NCBI GenBank assembly: GCA_028693155.1 | Contig: JAQUVY010000001.1 | Coordinates: 1-61,991, forward strand | Reading direction: 5' to 3' | Length of the DNA stretch: 61,991 nt | Source: Eubacteriales bacterium | GTDB lineage: Bacteria; Bacillota; Clostridia; Christensenellales; UMGS416 | In this document: piece after piece, positions 52,992 through 61,991 of the stretch | How positions within the stretch are numbered: the stretch's first letter is position 1 | How the letters are laid out: every line of letters begins with the position of its first letter | Position numbers and translations under genes: made by a program | The notes under the pieces: model-generated | The model's input: only the letters and a program-made list of their open reading frames with translations | Databases searched by the model: none | Told to the model about the DNA's origin: nothing

Positions 52992-54317
52992 ATGAAAAAA
53001 CATATTACCATTACATTGGCATGGGTTCTGACGCTGGGAATGCTGCTGTCCGCCTGCGCAAAAAAAAGCGCGAACGAGACTGTGCCGCAGGCTACGGCAA
53101 AGTACGATCCGGTGGTTATTACCGTGGGCAGCCGCCAAGTGAAAAAATCGGTATTTACCAGCATGTATAATTATTATGCTGCCACTTATGGCGTAGAGGA
53201 TAGCGAAGAGAACGCTGAAATGATTCAGTATATCAAAGAAATCGTCAGCGAAATGATCATTGAGGAAAATGTGCTGCTGGAGATGGCGGCCGAGCGCGGC
53301 GTGGCGCTGACGGACGAGGAGATCACAGCGGCCGACAAGGAATATCAGGATCTTATGGAGGATTGGCGCAGTTACTTCTCCGAGCAGCTGGCAGCCAGTG
53401 AGACGCCGCCTGCTGAGGATGCGCTTGAGGCTGCCATCGATGAAAAAATTGCCGCGTATATGGAAGAGAACAGCTACACTTATGATTACTTGCAGGATAC
53501 GTTCCGCAACGCGTCCATTTTGGACAAGCTGTATGAGGAAATGATCTCGGACGTGTCCGTTTCGGATGAAGAGCTGCAGACCTATTACACCGAGCAGTTG
53601 GCCGCGCAGAAGGAAGCCTATATTGCCGACCCCGGTGAATATGAGGATGCGGCCAGCGAAACCACCACGCTGTACCACCTTCAGGCCCGCAAGGTGCGGC
53701 ATATCCTGGTGGGCTTGACCCAGGATCAGCAGGAGGAGATCAACAACCTGCGCAACGGCACCGAGGAAACACCGGCCGATACGGCAGCGGCCGATGCCAA
53801 GTTGGCGGAATACCTTAAGGGCATTGAGGAAGAGGCAAAAACCGTATTGACCCGGGTCACCACCGGCGGCGAAGACTTCGGCACCGTGATGACCGAGGTC
53901 AGCGACGATACCGGCGGCGCCGACGGCTACCTCATCGCCAAGGGATCTACCAGCTTCGTGCAGTCCTTTACCGATGCGGCCTGGGCCTTGGAAAAAGCCG
54001 GCGATATCAGCGCCCTGGTTCCCTCCGACTATGGCTACCACATCATCGTTTTGGATGAAGAGACGCCGGAGCACGAAACCAGCCTGGAGGATGCCAAGGC
54101 AGGGCTGGAAGAGGCGCTTTTGGAGAGCAAACGCACCGACACCTACTATGAGAAGCTGGACGCCGCCCGCGCGGGCATGACGGTCACGGTGGATTATGCC
54201 GCCCTGGGGATGAGCGATCCCAGCGCCACGGCCGCCCCGGATGACTCCGCTGCGCCGCCCCAGGACACCGAGGAGTCTCCTGCGGTATCGCCGCAGCCCA
54301 GCGCGTCCGCAGAATAA
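52992..54317 (+). CDS. PrsA/SurA-like lipoprotein peptidyl-prolyl isomerase (parvulin type)
   Basis: Lipobox LLSAC. Parvulin core RKVRHILV ... GDISALVPSDYGYHIIVLDEE. Confidence 0.8.
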   Translation: MKKHITITLAWVLTLGMLLSACAKKSANETVPQATAKYDPVVITVGSRQVKKSVFTSMYNYYAATYGVEDSEENAEMIQYIKEIVSEMIIEENVLLEMAAERGVALTDEEITAADKEYQDLMEDWRSYFSEQLAASETPPAEDALEAAIDEKIAAYMEENSYTYDYLQDTFRNASILDKLYEEMISDVSVSDEELQTYYTEQLAAQKEAYIADPGEYEDAASETTTLYHLQARKVRHILVGLTQDQQEEINNLRNGTEETPADTAAADAKLAEYLKGIEEEAKTVLTRVTTGGEDFGTVMTEVSDDTGGADGYLIAKGSTSFVQSFTDAAWALEKAGDISALVPSDYGYHIIVLDEETPEHETSLEDAKAGLEEALLESKRTDTYYEKLDAARAGMTVTVDYAALGMSDPSATAAPDDSAAPPQDTEESPAVSPQPSASAE

Positions 54318-54330
54318 ATATTCGTTTGCC

Positions 54331-54362
54331 GGCCCGCCTGCATTGCAGGCGGGCCTTTTTGT
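54331..54362 (+). terminator. Intrinsic terminator
   Basis: ggcccgcctgc att gcaggcgggcc followed by tttttgtg. Confidence 0.8.
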
Positions 54363-54414
54363 GCTTGCGGCAATGCCTTGAAAGGTGATATACTACACGC
54401 AGGAGGGTATGAAG

Positions 54415-55611
54415 ATGAAACAGTGGATTTCAATTGTGATGATTGTAACCCTTATGGCGGTGTGTGTGGGCTGCACGAAACCGGCGGCTTCTCCCGCGCA
54501 GACCTCTGCCCCGCAGGACGTAGCACGCACAACAGCCACCCCTGCCGCCACGGAAGAAAATGCCCCCACGCCTACGCCGGAGGTTTTGCAGGTCGCCCAG
54601 CGCGGGCGGAATCCGTGGTATCTGGCGGATGGAAGAAACATTATTTTTGTAAACAACGACGGCATCTACGCCATGAACTATGACGGCGGAAACGTCCGCT
54701 GCATCGACAACGGCGCGCCCGATGAGTTCGCGGAGATATGGGTGCAGTCACCGGGCACATATCTGGTGAAGCGGTGGCTGAATGACGACCGGGCTTCTTC
54801 CGTTTGGCGGTCCTGGCCGCAATGGATGAAGGAGTCCTGGAGCGAGTATTATTTGTATGATCTTTATAGGCTCAACGACAAGGGCGGCAAGATCGTGCTT
54901 GCGGCGGCGTGCCAGCCTGTTGTCACGCTATCTGACGGAAGCATTCTCTACCAGACGGGGGAGTATCCCTCCAAACTGATGCTCCTGAACACTTCGGGAA
55001 CCAGCGCACCGGTGGAGCTTCCCACGCAGGAGTGCCTGATCAACCCGATGGGCGTAAAAGGGGATACCGCATACCTGAGCGTGCTCACCGAGGGGATGAC
55101 CTGGGAGGATCGCGAGATCTACACGCTGAAGAACGGAGAGACCGCGCTGACAAAAATCGATGTCTCCGCCGTGCCGTCCGGGGAAGAAATGAATCACTAT
55201 GAGGCGACCAGCATCGCTGATATGCAGGCGGCGCCCGTCTATCAGGATGACGGGACCGCACTGTGGGGCGCACAGTGGGATGGCCAGGCCTATACGGTGA
55301 GTGTGGATACGGATGACGATTGGACGGGCGCTGCTGTGACGCTGTATCGCGGTGCAGGCCAGGAAGGTGAAATGCTGCAGCAGGCGCATATTTTGGCCCT
55401 GAGCGGCCGGTATTCCTATGAAGAATACCGGGAAAACACCTTGAAGTTTTTGCTGGAAAAGCAGGCGGCGGACGGCGAACTGTACACCAACGACATTGAG
55501 CGCATTGAGGTGGACATCGTCGGCGGCTGGGCTTTTGTCAGCAGCAATGGCTATACCAACGGCGTGATCGGCGGGCCCTCCCAGCTGATCGTCATGTGGA
55601 AGCTGACATAA
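54415..55611 (+). CDS. Hypothetical lipoprotein
   Basis: ATG 54415 lies 8 nt after aggagg. Lipobox AVCVGC. No family recognised. Confidence 0.6.
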   Translation: MKQWISIVMIVTLMAVCVGCTKPAASPAQTSAPQDVARTTATPAATEENAPTPTPEVLQVAQRGRNPWYLADGRNIIFVNNDGIYAMNYDGGNVRCIDNGAPDEFAEIWVQSPGTYLVKRWLNDDRASSVWRSWPQWMKESWSEYYLYDLYRLNDKGGKIVLAAACQPVVTLSDGSILYQTGEYPSKLMLLNTSGTSAPVELPTQECLINPMGVKGDTAYLSVLTEGMTWEDREIYTLKNGETALTKIDVSAVPSGEEMNHYEATSIADMQAAPVYQDDGTALWGAQWDGQAYTVSVDTDDDWTGAAVTLYRGAGQEGEMLQQAHILALSGRYSYEEYRENTLKFLLEKQAADGELYTNDIERIEVDIVGGWAFVSSNGYTNGVIGGPSQLIVMWKLT

Positions 55612-55634
55612 GCAGAACGGCGTTTTTTTGATTG

Positions 55635-55670
55635 AAAATCCCATGGAGCGGCCGCTCCATGGGATTTTTT
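55635..55670. terminator. Intrinsic terminator (perfect 17-bp palindrome)
   Basis: aaaatcccatggagcgg / ccgctccatgggatttt followed by tt. Confidence 0.8.
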
Positions 55671-55804
55671 GCGCAAAAAACGGCAATCCTGCGGCTTTCA
55701 TTTCTCTTCGCAAGAATTGACGCGCCCGCGCAAATCTGTTATATCGCAAAGGGCAGTTTGCCCATATAATGACGCCAACAAACAACAAAAGGGAGGACTG
55801 CTCA

Positions 55805-56848
55805 ATGAACTCTATGGAACGTGTTACCTGCGCTTTGCAGCATCAAGAACCCGATCGTGTGCCCGTCTATCCCATCCTCAGCGGCGTTACCCGCAAACTG
55901 GTGGGAGCCAACTATGCCCAGTGGTCCACCGATGCAGATGTCTGCGCGCGGGCTTTTCTCAAATCGGCGGAGGATTTTGACATCGACTGCATCGTGACCC
56001 TCATCGATCTGTCGGTGGAATGCGACGCATGGGGACAGAAGTTGATTTTCCCGGAAAATGAGGCGGCGCACCCCGATTACAGCCAGTCCGTTGTGCAGGA
56101 TATTGCCGATTACGCCAAAATAAAGAAAGTGGACTATCGCAATTCCAAACGCATGATGATGCACATCGACGTATGCAAAAAGCTGGTGGCCGCTCGCGGG
56201 AAGGATCTGCCCATCGTGGCGTTTGTGTTTGGCCCGCTGGGTGTGCTGTCCATGCTGCGCAACCAGCAGGATATGTATATGGATCTGTATGACGACCCGG
56301 ACGCGGTGAAAGAAGCGGCCAGGCAGATCAACGAAACCCTGAAGGAGTACGTGGCCGCGCTGGCGCAGACCGGCGTCAGCGGAATCATGTTTGATACGCT
56401 CTTTGCTTCGGGATCCATCATGTCCAAGCGTATGTGGGACGACATGGAAGGCCCGCTGGTGGAGGAGCTGGCCGAAGTGGTTCGCCAAAACGGAAGCTTG
56501 GTCATGATCCACAACTGCGGCCAGAAAATTTATTTTGACGCCCAGATTAAGCGCATGCAGCCCACCGCGATTTCCTTTTTGTATCCGCCTGACGACTGCG
56601 AGTCCTTCGTCCAATGCAAGGAGAAGTATGGCAAGGAGGTCACCCTCATTGGCTGCGTCACCCCCGCCATGGCGGTCATCGGCACGGATGAGGAGTGGGA
56701 CAAGGCCTGCTATGACCAAATAGACGCCATGGCACCAGGCGGCGGTTTTATGCTGGCGACCGGATGTGAGTATCCCGCCAACGCGTCCTTTGACCGGGCG
56801 CAGCGCATGATCGACATTGCGCAAAAGCACGGGGTATACCAAAAATGA
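55805..56848 (+). CDS. Uroporphyrinogen decarboxylase (URO-D) family protein, MtaA/CmuA-like methyltransferase candidate
   Basis: ATG 55805 after gggagg. ERVTCALQHQEPDRVPVYP ... C-terminal LATGCEYPANA. Confidence 0.7.
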   Translation: MNSMERVTCALQHQEPDRVPVYPILSGVTRKLVGANYAQWSTDADVCARAFLKSAEDFDIDCIVTLIDLSVECDAWGQKLIFPENEAAHPDYSQSVVQDIADYAKIKKVDYRNSKRMMMHIDVCKKLVAARGKDLPIVAFVFGPLGVLSMLRNQQDMYMDLYDDPDAVKEAARQINETLKEYVAALAQTGVSGIMFDTLFASGSIMSKRMWDDMEGPLVEELAEVVRQNGSLVMIHNCGQKIYFDAQIKRMQPTAISFLYPPDDCESFVQCKEKYGKEVTLIGCVTPAMAVIGTDEEWDKACYDQIDAMAPGGGFMLATGCEYPANASFDRAQRMIDIAQKHGVYQK

Positions 56849-57753
56849 TCCCCGTTGATATGGTCACCGGTATGCTGGGCGCGGGAAAAACCACGTTTAT
56901 CACCGGGTACGCCGCCTGGCTTCGGGACAAGGGGCAGCGCGTGGCGGTGGTGGAAAATGAGTTTGCGCTGGCCGGGGTGGATACCGCCGTGTTGCGCAGC
57001 CGGGGCATCGACACCGTGCGGGAATTGGCGGGGGGCTGCATTTGCTGCGGCCTGAAGGTGAACTTCCATGATTTGCTGCTGGAACTGGCTCAATGCGGTC
57101 AGTACGACCGCATCGTGGTGGAGCCGTCGGGCGTGTTTGATCTGGATGACGGATTCGACGTGCTGAGCAGCCCCAAGCTGCGGGAAGCGGCCTGCCCCGG
57201 CAATGTGATCACCCTGGTGGATGCGTCCGCGCCCGAACCGCAGGGGGCGGAACGCGAGCTGATGCTCTCCCAACTGCACAGCACGGGCTGCGTGGTGCTG
57301 ACCAAGGCGGAAACACCGCAGCAGGCGCAGACGGCGCGCGCCCGCGTTCGTGCGCTGCTGTGCGCGCTGGATGCGGCAAAGGGCGCCGGCATCCCCATTG
57401 TGGAGGCGCAGGAGCATACCTGCCGGGAGACGGCTGCGGCTGCGACGCCTGTCTTCTTGCCCCACGCGCGCCGTGTGCAGCCGCACACCAATCTGTTTTT
57501 CGCCGCTACGCTGTACCCCAAACTGGCGCAAAGCGCGCAGGAGGTGGACAGCGCGTTGGCGGAGGTGTTCCGGCCTGCGTGCGGTCGGGTGCTGCGCGTG
57601 AAGGGCGGCGTAAAAAGGTCGGGCGGGGGTGCCTGGCTGGTCAGTGCGACTCCCGGGCGATGGGAGGTGCAGCCTTCGGATGAAGCCCCTTGTGCGCTCA
57701 ACGTGATCGGCACCGACCTGCACCGGGATAAAATCAAACCGCTTTTTCCCTGA
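56845..57753 (+). CDS. CobW/G3E-family metallochaperone GTPase
   Basis: P-loop GMLGAGKTT, then VVENEF and the GGCICC (CxCC) motif and VVEPSGV. ATGA overlap with the URO-D gene. Confidence 0.85.
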   Translation: MIPVDMVTGMLGAGKTTFITGYAAWLRDKGQRVAVVENEFALAGVDTAVLRSRGIDTVRELAGGCICCGLKVNFHDLLLELAQCGQYDRIVVEPSGVFDLDDGFDVLSSPKLREAACPGNVITLVDASAPEPQGAERELMLSQLHSTGCVVLTKAETPQQAQTARARVRALLCALDAAKGAGIPIVEAQEHTCRETAAAATPVFLPHARRVQPHTNLFFAATLYPKLAQSAQEVDSALAEVFRPACGRVLRVKGGVKRSGGGAWLVSATPGRWEVQPSDEAPCALNVIGTDLHRDKIKPLFP

Positions 57754-57756
57754 GAA

Positions 57757-57800
57757 CAAAAAGGGCCTGAGAAAACCGTGTGTTTCCTCAGGCCCTTTTA
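57757..57800. terminator. Intrinsic terminator, bidirectional geometry
   Basis: aaaaagggcctgag ... ctcaggccctttta. Confidence 0.65.
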
Positions 57801-58132
57801 GCGGGAGGCGTAAAGAAGCTGTTTTTTAGGCGGCTCAACGGTATTTGCCGGGGGCATCCGAGGGCGCGTGCCGAAGGATGAACCGTGTGGGAATGCCCAC
57901 CCTCGCGCAAAATAGCGCCGCAGGGCTGAAAAACAATTTTTCCTGCCCGGCGGCGATGCGCACGGCTTTTTGCGCCCCAAAGCGGCTTTTTCAGCGCGGA
58001 TGGATGGCGGAATATCAGTTTGCGCACAGTGGGGAACCGACGGGACGAGGCACGCATACGCCGCGGCCGGACTGTTTCGCAAGCGACTGTCCTCCGTGCA
58101 TGTATCCGCCAAGGGAGCCGGGCGGGAGCCAC

Positions 58133-58172
58133 AAAAAAACAGCGGAGCGCAAGCTCCGCTGTTTTGCGTTTT
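58133..58172. terminator. Bidirectional intrinsic terminator (serves hflC on the minus strand)
   Basis: aaaaaaa cagcggagc gcaa gctccgctg ttttgcgtttt. Confidence 0.8.
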
Positions 58173-58176
58173 AACT

Positions 58177-59106
58177 TCAGTTTGCCTGATAGAAGATCTG
58201 CGCCAGCGGCGAGTCGGGGGAGAGGATCAGAATGTTGTCGCTGCCCTTCAAGGAGAGCTTGGCAGCGTCCAGCGCCCGCACGAAGGTGTAAAAATCGGCA
58301 CGGCTCTGGTCGGCATAGGCCTCGGACAAAATGCGCATATACTCGGCTTCGCCTTCGGAAATGATCTTTTCGGCATCGGCGTTGGCCTGGGAGATCTTCA
58401 CGGTGATGGTCGTGTCGGTCTCGGTGCGGATCTTCTTGGCTTCCGATTCGCCCTCGGCCTGGTAGGACGCGGCGATGTTGTTGCGCTCGGAGATCATCCG
58501 CTCGTAGACCGCCTGCTTGTTGTCGTCAGGCAGATCCAGATGCTTGGTTTCCACCGCCACCAGCCGCACGCCGTATTGCTCCAGGCCGTTGCCGATGTTG
58601 GACATGATGGCGGCGGCCAGGGTATCGCGGCCGCTGATGATATCGGCCTGAGACAGAGAGCTGATGACGTTTTTCATGGAGTTATAGACGATGGTGCTGA
58701 TGCGCGCCTCGGCGTTGGCGGTGTTGCCGTTGAGCGTCTGCAAAAACTTCAGCGGATCGGTCACCTGCCACAGCACGAAGCTGTCGGCCACCATGGTCTT
58801 CTTGTCCTTGGTAATGACGTCGGAAATGGGCAGGTCGTACAGCAGCACCTCTTTGGGGATGGACTTGGTGCTCTGGATGAAGGGCAGCTTATAGCTCAGC
58901 CCCGATTCGGTTTTCACGTCCACAATGCGGCCGAACTGCTGAATCATAATATACTCATTGGGCTGGGTCACCACAAAGCAGCCGCTGCCCACAATCAGCA
59001 CTGCCAGCGCAATGATGGCGGCGATGATGCCGGCGGTCCATCTTTTCTTGTTGTGCTGACGGGTCACGTTAATGGTCTTTCCATCGTTTTGAAAATTTTG
59101 TTCCAT
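58177..59106 (-). CDS. hflC: FtsH protease modulator HflC (SPFH/band-7)
   Basis: 309 aa. N-terminal TM, then PNEYIMIQQFGRIVDVKTESGLSYKLPFIQS. RBS ggaggg. Confidence 0.85.
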   Translation of the reverse strand: MEQNFQNDGKTINVTRQHNKKRWTAGIIAAIIALAVLIVGSGCFVVTQPNEYIMIQQFGRIVDVKTESGLSYKLPFIQSTKSIPKEVLLYDLPISDVITKDKKTMVADSFVLWQVTDPLKFLQTLNGNTANAEARISTIVYNSMKNVISSLSQADIISGRDTLAAAIMSNIGNGLEQYGVRLVAVETKHLDLPDDNKQAVYERMISERNNIAASYQAEGESEAKKIRTETDTTITVKISQANADAEKIISEGEAEYMRILSEAYADQSRADFYTFVRALDAAKLSLKGSDNILILSPDSPLAQIFYQAN

Positions 59107-59108
59107 AA

Positions 59109-60071
59109 TTATTGTCCCTCCTGCGTGGAGCCGGCCGCGGCCGCAACGGCGTCGGTGCCGGAAAGGTCGCCCAGCGGTAAAATTTTGTTTACGCCGCCTT
59201 CACCGTCGTTGATGATGACGCGCAGCTGGGGGAGAATCTCCTCCATGGCTTCATAAAACATGCGCTGCTTGGTGATCAACGGGTTTTTGGTATACTCTGC
59301 GTACATGGCGTTGAAGCGAGCCACCTGACCCTGCGCTTCGTTTACGCGGGCCGCTTTGGAGGCCTCGGCCTTTTTTATTATCTCGTCCACCTGCGCCACG
59401 GCGGCGGGTTCCTGCTCGCTTTTATACTTGTTGGCGTTGTTGATGGAGGTTTCCTTGCTCTGTTTGGCGGTCTCCACCGCTTTAAACGCCTCCAGCACTT
59501 CGGCGGTGGGGGGTTCCGCGTCCTGAATGGTAATGTTCACCAGCTGCAGACCGATGTCCTCCTTTTCCAAGCGGTCGATCATTTTTTCTTTGATCTCGGC
59601 CTGAATTTCGTTTTTGCCGGTGGTGATAACGCTATCTACCGGGTAAAGACCGATGGTATCGCGAATGTAGCTCTGCGCCAAGGTTTTGAGGATCTGCACG
59701 GGCTCTTTGGAGGAGTAAAGATATTTTACGGGGTCTGATACCTTATATTCCACAAAAAAATCCACGTTGACGAAGTTGTAGTCCGAAGTGATCATCAAAG
59801 ACTCGGCTTCGATGGCCTCGCCTGTGCCGGGGGTGTAGCCAATGGGGAAGCCGTTGATGACGGTGGACACCTTGTGAACCTGCTGCACAAAGGGAATACG
59901 GAAATGCAGGCCGGGCGCGCTGACCGTATTAGCCTTGCCAAAGGTAACGACGACCGCCTGCTCCTGCTCGTTGATGCTGTACATGGAGCTGATGACCAGC
60001 GCCACGGCCACCACACCCGCTGCGGCCCAGGCGATAATCTTGGGAAGTGAGCTGCTTTTTTTCAAATTCAT
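59109..60071 (-). CDS. hflK: FtsH protease modulator HflK (SPFH/band-7)
   Basis: ATG 60071 (RBS aaggagag). TM, then EQEQAVVVTFGKANTVSAPGLHFRIPFVQ. Sits 2 nt before hflC. Confidence 0.85.
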   Translation of the reverse strand: MNLKKSSSLPKIIAWAAAGVVAVALVISSMYSINEQEQAVVVTFGKANTVSAPGLHFRIPFVQQVHKVSTVINGFPIGYTPGTGEAIEAESLMITSDYNFVNVDFFVEYKVSDPVKYLYSSKEPVQILKTLAQSYIRDTIGLYPVDSVITTGKNEIQAEIKEKMIDRLEKEDIGLQLVNITIQDAEPPTAEVLEAFKAVETAKQSKETSINNANKYKSEQEPAAVAQVDEIIKKAEASKAARVNEAQGQVARFNAMYAEYTKNPLITKQRMFYEAMEEILPQLRVIINDGEGGVNKILPLGDLSGTDAVAAAAGSTQEGQ

Positions 60072-60183
60072 GATCTCTCTCCTTGGTCGTGATATTAGCA
60101 AATAGTATACCCAGAAACCGCATATTCAAGCAAATGCATAAAAAAGCGCCCCCGGCGGGGCGCAAAAATGCAGGGCAGCGGGT

Positions 60184-61938
60184 TTAGGGCAGCGTATATT
60201 TTTGGAGGAAATCCGCGTACGCCCGGGTATAGGCGGGACGCCCCGCGCTTTTGACCTCGTTCAGATATTCGTGCGTGTTAAACTGTTCCATCTGGTGAAT
60301 CTCGATCAATGCCACGGCGATGTTGGAGCAGTGGTCGGACACCCGCTCGTAGTTGGTGAGCAGATCGGAATACACAAAGCCCATTTCCTGGGTGCATTCG
60401 CCGCGGCGCATGCGCGCAATATGGCGGCTGCGCAGCTCGTTTTTCAACTGATCCACCACCTGCTCCAGCGGCTCCACCTGCGCGGCCAGCTCCACGTTCT
60501 CCTCTTGAAAAGCCTGCAGGGTGAGCGATAAGATTTCGTCCAGCGCGTGGGTGAGCACGGCAAGCTCGGCCTTCGCCTCGGCGGAGAAGGCCAGCCCCTT
60601 GTCCCGCATCTCCCGTGCCACCTCGGTCAGGTTGACGGCGTGGTCGCTGATGCGCTCAAAATCTCCGATGCAGTGCAGCAGCATGGACACCTCGTTGCTG
60701 TCGCGCAGGGTGAGGCTGCGGCTGCTGAGCTGAATGAGGTAGGTGCCGATCAGATCCTCATAATGATCCACGTCTTTTTCCTGACGCTCAATTTCATCGG
60801 CCAGCGGCTGCCGATAGGACTCCATCACGGCAATGGAGCTGCGGATGGCCTGGGAGGATTCCTGCGCCATGGCCAAGGTGACCTTTCTGCACTGCTCCAG
60901 CGCGACGGCCGGCGTGGCCAGCAGCCGTTCGTCCAAAAGGGGCGTGGTTTCCCGGGCGGCTTTTTTGTCCCGTATGGTAAGGACAGCCAGCTTTTCCAGC
61001 CATTTGGAGAAGGGGAGCAGCAGCAAGGTGGAGAATACGTTAAAGATGCTGTGCACGATGGCAATGTCCAGCGGGCGCACCGGCGCATGGGCAAAAGAAA
61101 AGTGGAAAATGGCGTCAGCCCCGTAGTACAGCCCCAAAAAGGCGGCCGTGCCGATCAAATTGAAGTACAGGTGTACCATGGCGGCGCGCCGGGCGTTTTT
61201 GTTGGCGCCGATGCAGGAGATGAGGGCGGTGGCGCAGGTGCCGATGTTTTGCCCCATAATGATGGGCAGCGCGGTGGAAAAGGGGACGACGCCGGTGACG
61301 GCCAGCGCCTGCAGGATGCCCACCGAGGCCGAGGAACTTTGAATCACGGCGGTGAGCACCGTGCCGGCCAGCACGCCCAGCACCGGGTTGGAGAACATGA
61401 GCAGGATATTGGCGAAGCTGGGGGAATCGGCCAGCGGCGCCACCGCGCCGCTCATGGCACTCATTCCGGTCATCAGCACGGCAAAGCCCAGCAAAATGGA
61501 GCCCGCATCCTTTTTCCGCGGGTCACGCGCCATCATCAGCAAAACCACGCCCACCAACGCCAGCAGCGGGGAGAAGCTGTCGGGCTTGAGCAGCTGAACC
61601 CATAGGCTGCTGCTCTGGATGCCCGTAAGGCTGAGCAGCCAGGAGGTGACGGTGGTGCCGATGTTGGCACCCATGATGACCCCCACGGCCTGAGAAAGCT
61701 TCATAATGCCCGAATTGACGAAGCCCACCACCATAACCGTGGTGGCCGACGAGCTTTGGATGACAGAGGTGACCCCCGCGCCCAGCAGCACCGCCTTGAG
61801 AGGATTGTCGGTCAGCTTTTCCAGCGTGCGCTCCAGGCGCCCGCCGGCGACCTTTTCAAGGCCCTGCCCCATCACGTTCATGCCGAACAGAAACAGCGCC
61901 AAGCCGCCCCCCAGCTGCAAAACGGAAAAAATATCCAT
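60184..61938 (-). CDS. Na/Pi cotransporter family protein with C-terminal PhoU-like domains
   Basis: 584 aa. LFLFGMNVMGQGLEKVAGGRL ... VIQSSSATTVMVVGFVNSG, with a second QSSSAS repeat. Confidence 0.9.
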   Translation of the reverse strand: MDIFSVLQLGGGLALFLFGMNVMGQGLEKVAGGRLERTLEKLTDNPLKAVLLGAGVTSVIQSSSATTVMVVGFVNSGIMKLSQAVGVIMGANIGTTVTSWLLSLTGIQSSSLWVQLLKPDSFSPLLALVGVVLLMMARDPRKKDAGSILLGFAVLMTGMSAMSGAVAPLADSPSFANILLMFSNPVLGVLAGTVLTAVIQSSSASVGILQALAVTGVVPFSTALPIIMGQNIGTCATALISCIGANKNARRAAMVHLYFNLIGTAAFLGLYYGADAIFHFSFAHAPVRPLDIAIVHSIFNVFSTLLLLPFSKWLEKLAVLTIRDKKAARETTPLLDERLLATPAVALEQCRKVTLAMAQESSQAIRSSIAVMESYRQPLADEIERQEKDVDHYEDLIGTYLIQLSSRSLTLRDSNEVSMLLHCIGDFERISDHAVNLTEVAREMRDKGLAFSAEAKAELAVLTHALDEILSLTLQAFQEENVELAAQVEPLEQVVDQLKNELRSRHIARMRRGECTQEMGFVYSDLLTNYERVSDHCSNIAVALIEIHQMEQFNTHEYLNEVKSAGRPAYTRAYADFLQKYTLP

Positions 61939-61991
61939 TACTCGTTCCCCCTTGCGTATATTTCCAATTTGGTTATATAAAACTGCCGTAA

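Noticed and set aside
57801-58132. Cobalamin riboswitch or SRP/6S-type RNA in the spacer after the CobW gene
   Set aside because: I looked for a B12-box-like element and for SRP or 6S hallmark motifs on both strands and found none. There is also no downstream gene in the right orientation for a riboswitch.
50925-61605. Other long antisense ORFs (50925..51935 +, 52932..54074 -, 55802..56842 -, 57970..59256 +, 60547..61605 +), plus 32916..34301 + and 15690..16898 - outside this span
   Set aside because: Each lies opposite a gene with clear family motifs and shows the same GC-driven shadow composition.
1-61991. CRISPR arrays, rRNA genes, and recognisable defence systems (RM, BREX, CBASS, Abi, TA pairs)
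   Set aside because: I found no regularly spaced direct repeats and no rRNA-like sequence. I saw no nuclease, helicase or methylase clusters either. The only defence-associated hint is the truncated WYL-type HTH fragment in the island.

Overview
GC-rich chromosomal segment. From gene content (glgBCDAP order, spoIIR, sleB-ypeB, darA-holB-yaaT, hpf) it reads like a spore-forming Clostridia genome, possibly Oscillospiraceae-like; that is inference, not a search result. Layout: 1-10.5 kb is a glycogen operon (glgB-glgC-glgD-glgA-glgP plus a GH13 enzyme). 10.5-14.5 kb holds sfsA, a frameshifted GrpB gene, a transglutaminase-like lipoprotein and an AT-richer two-gene islet (GyrI-like, DUF1874-like). 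14.6-19.2 kb is a tightly coupled six-gene cassette: sulfatase, ferredoxin-nitroreductase, amidohydrolase, Vat-type acetyltransferase, SAM methyltransferase, YjbQ. 19.3-22.5 kb on the minus strand holds a GNAT and an orphan AprB/AprA-like ferredoxin-flavoprotein pair. 22.6-32 kb carries transporters, a Tim44-like protein and a chain of eight same-strand genes with overlapping junctions, ending in MarR-PHP-acyltransferase-like-FeS-GGDEF. 32-46 kb holds asparaginase, MFS, a divergent SOD-like gene, DUF4091, lnt, an MBL hydrolase, hpf, spoIIR, sleB (in-frame TGA), ypeB, a repeat lipoprotein, and ROK and SIS genes. 46.1-46.4 kb is an orphan promoter-to-terminator RNA unit upstream of a truncated receiver-GGDEF gene. 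47.4-50.0 kb is an AT-rich pile-up of two decayed integrative elements at tRNA-Pro(GGG). 50.1-62 kb is housekeeping (yaaT/ricT, holB, darA, PrsA-like PPIase, URO-D family plus CobW, hflKC, Na/Pi transporter). I found no CRISPR array, no rRNA, and no complete defence or conjugation system that I recognise. The best candidates for something undescribed are the tRNA-Pro island with its conserved regulatory architecture, the six-gene modification cassette, the orphan AprAB-like pair, and the riboswitch-like RNA unit. All functional calls rest on motif recognition by eye. Nearly every gene has a long antisense shadow ORF, which I attribute to high GC.
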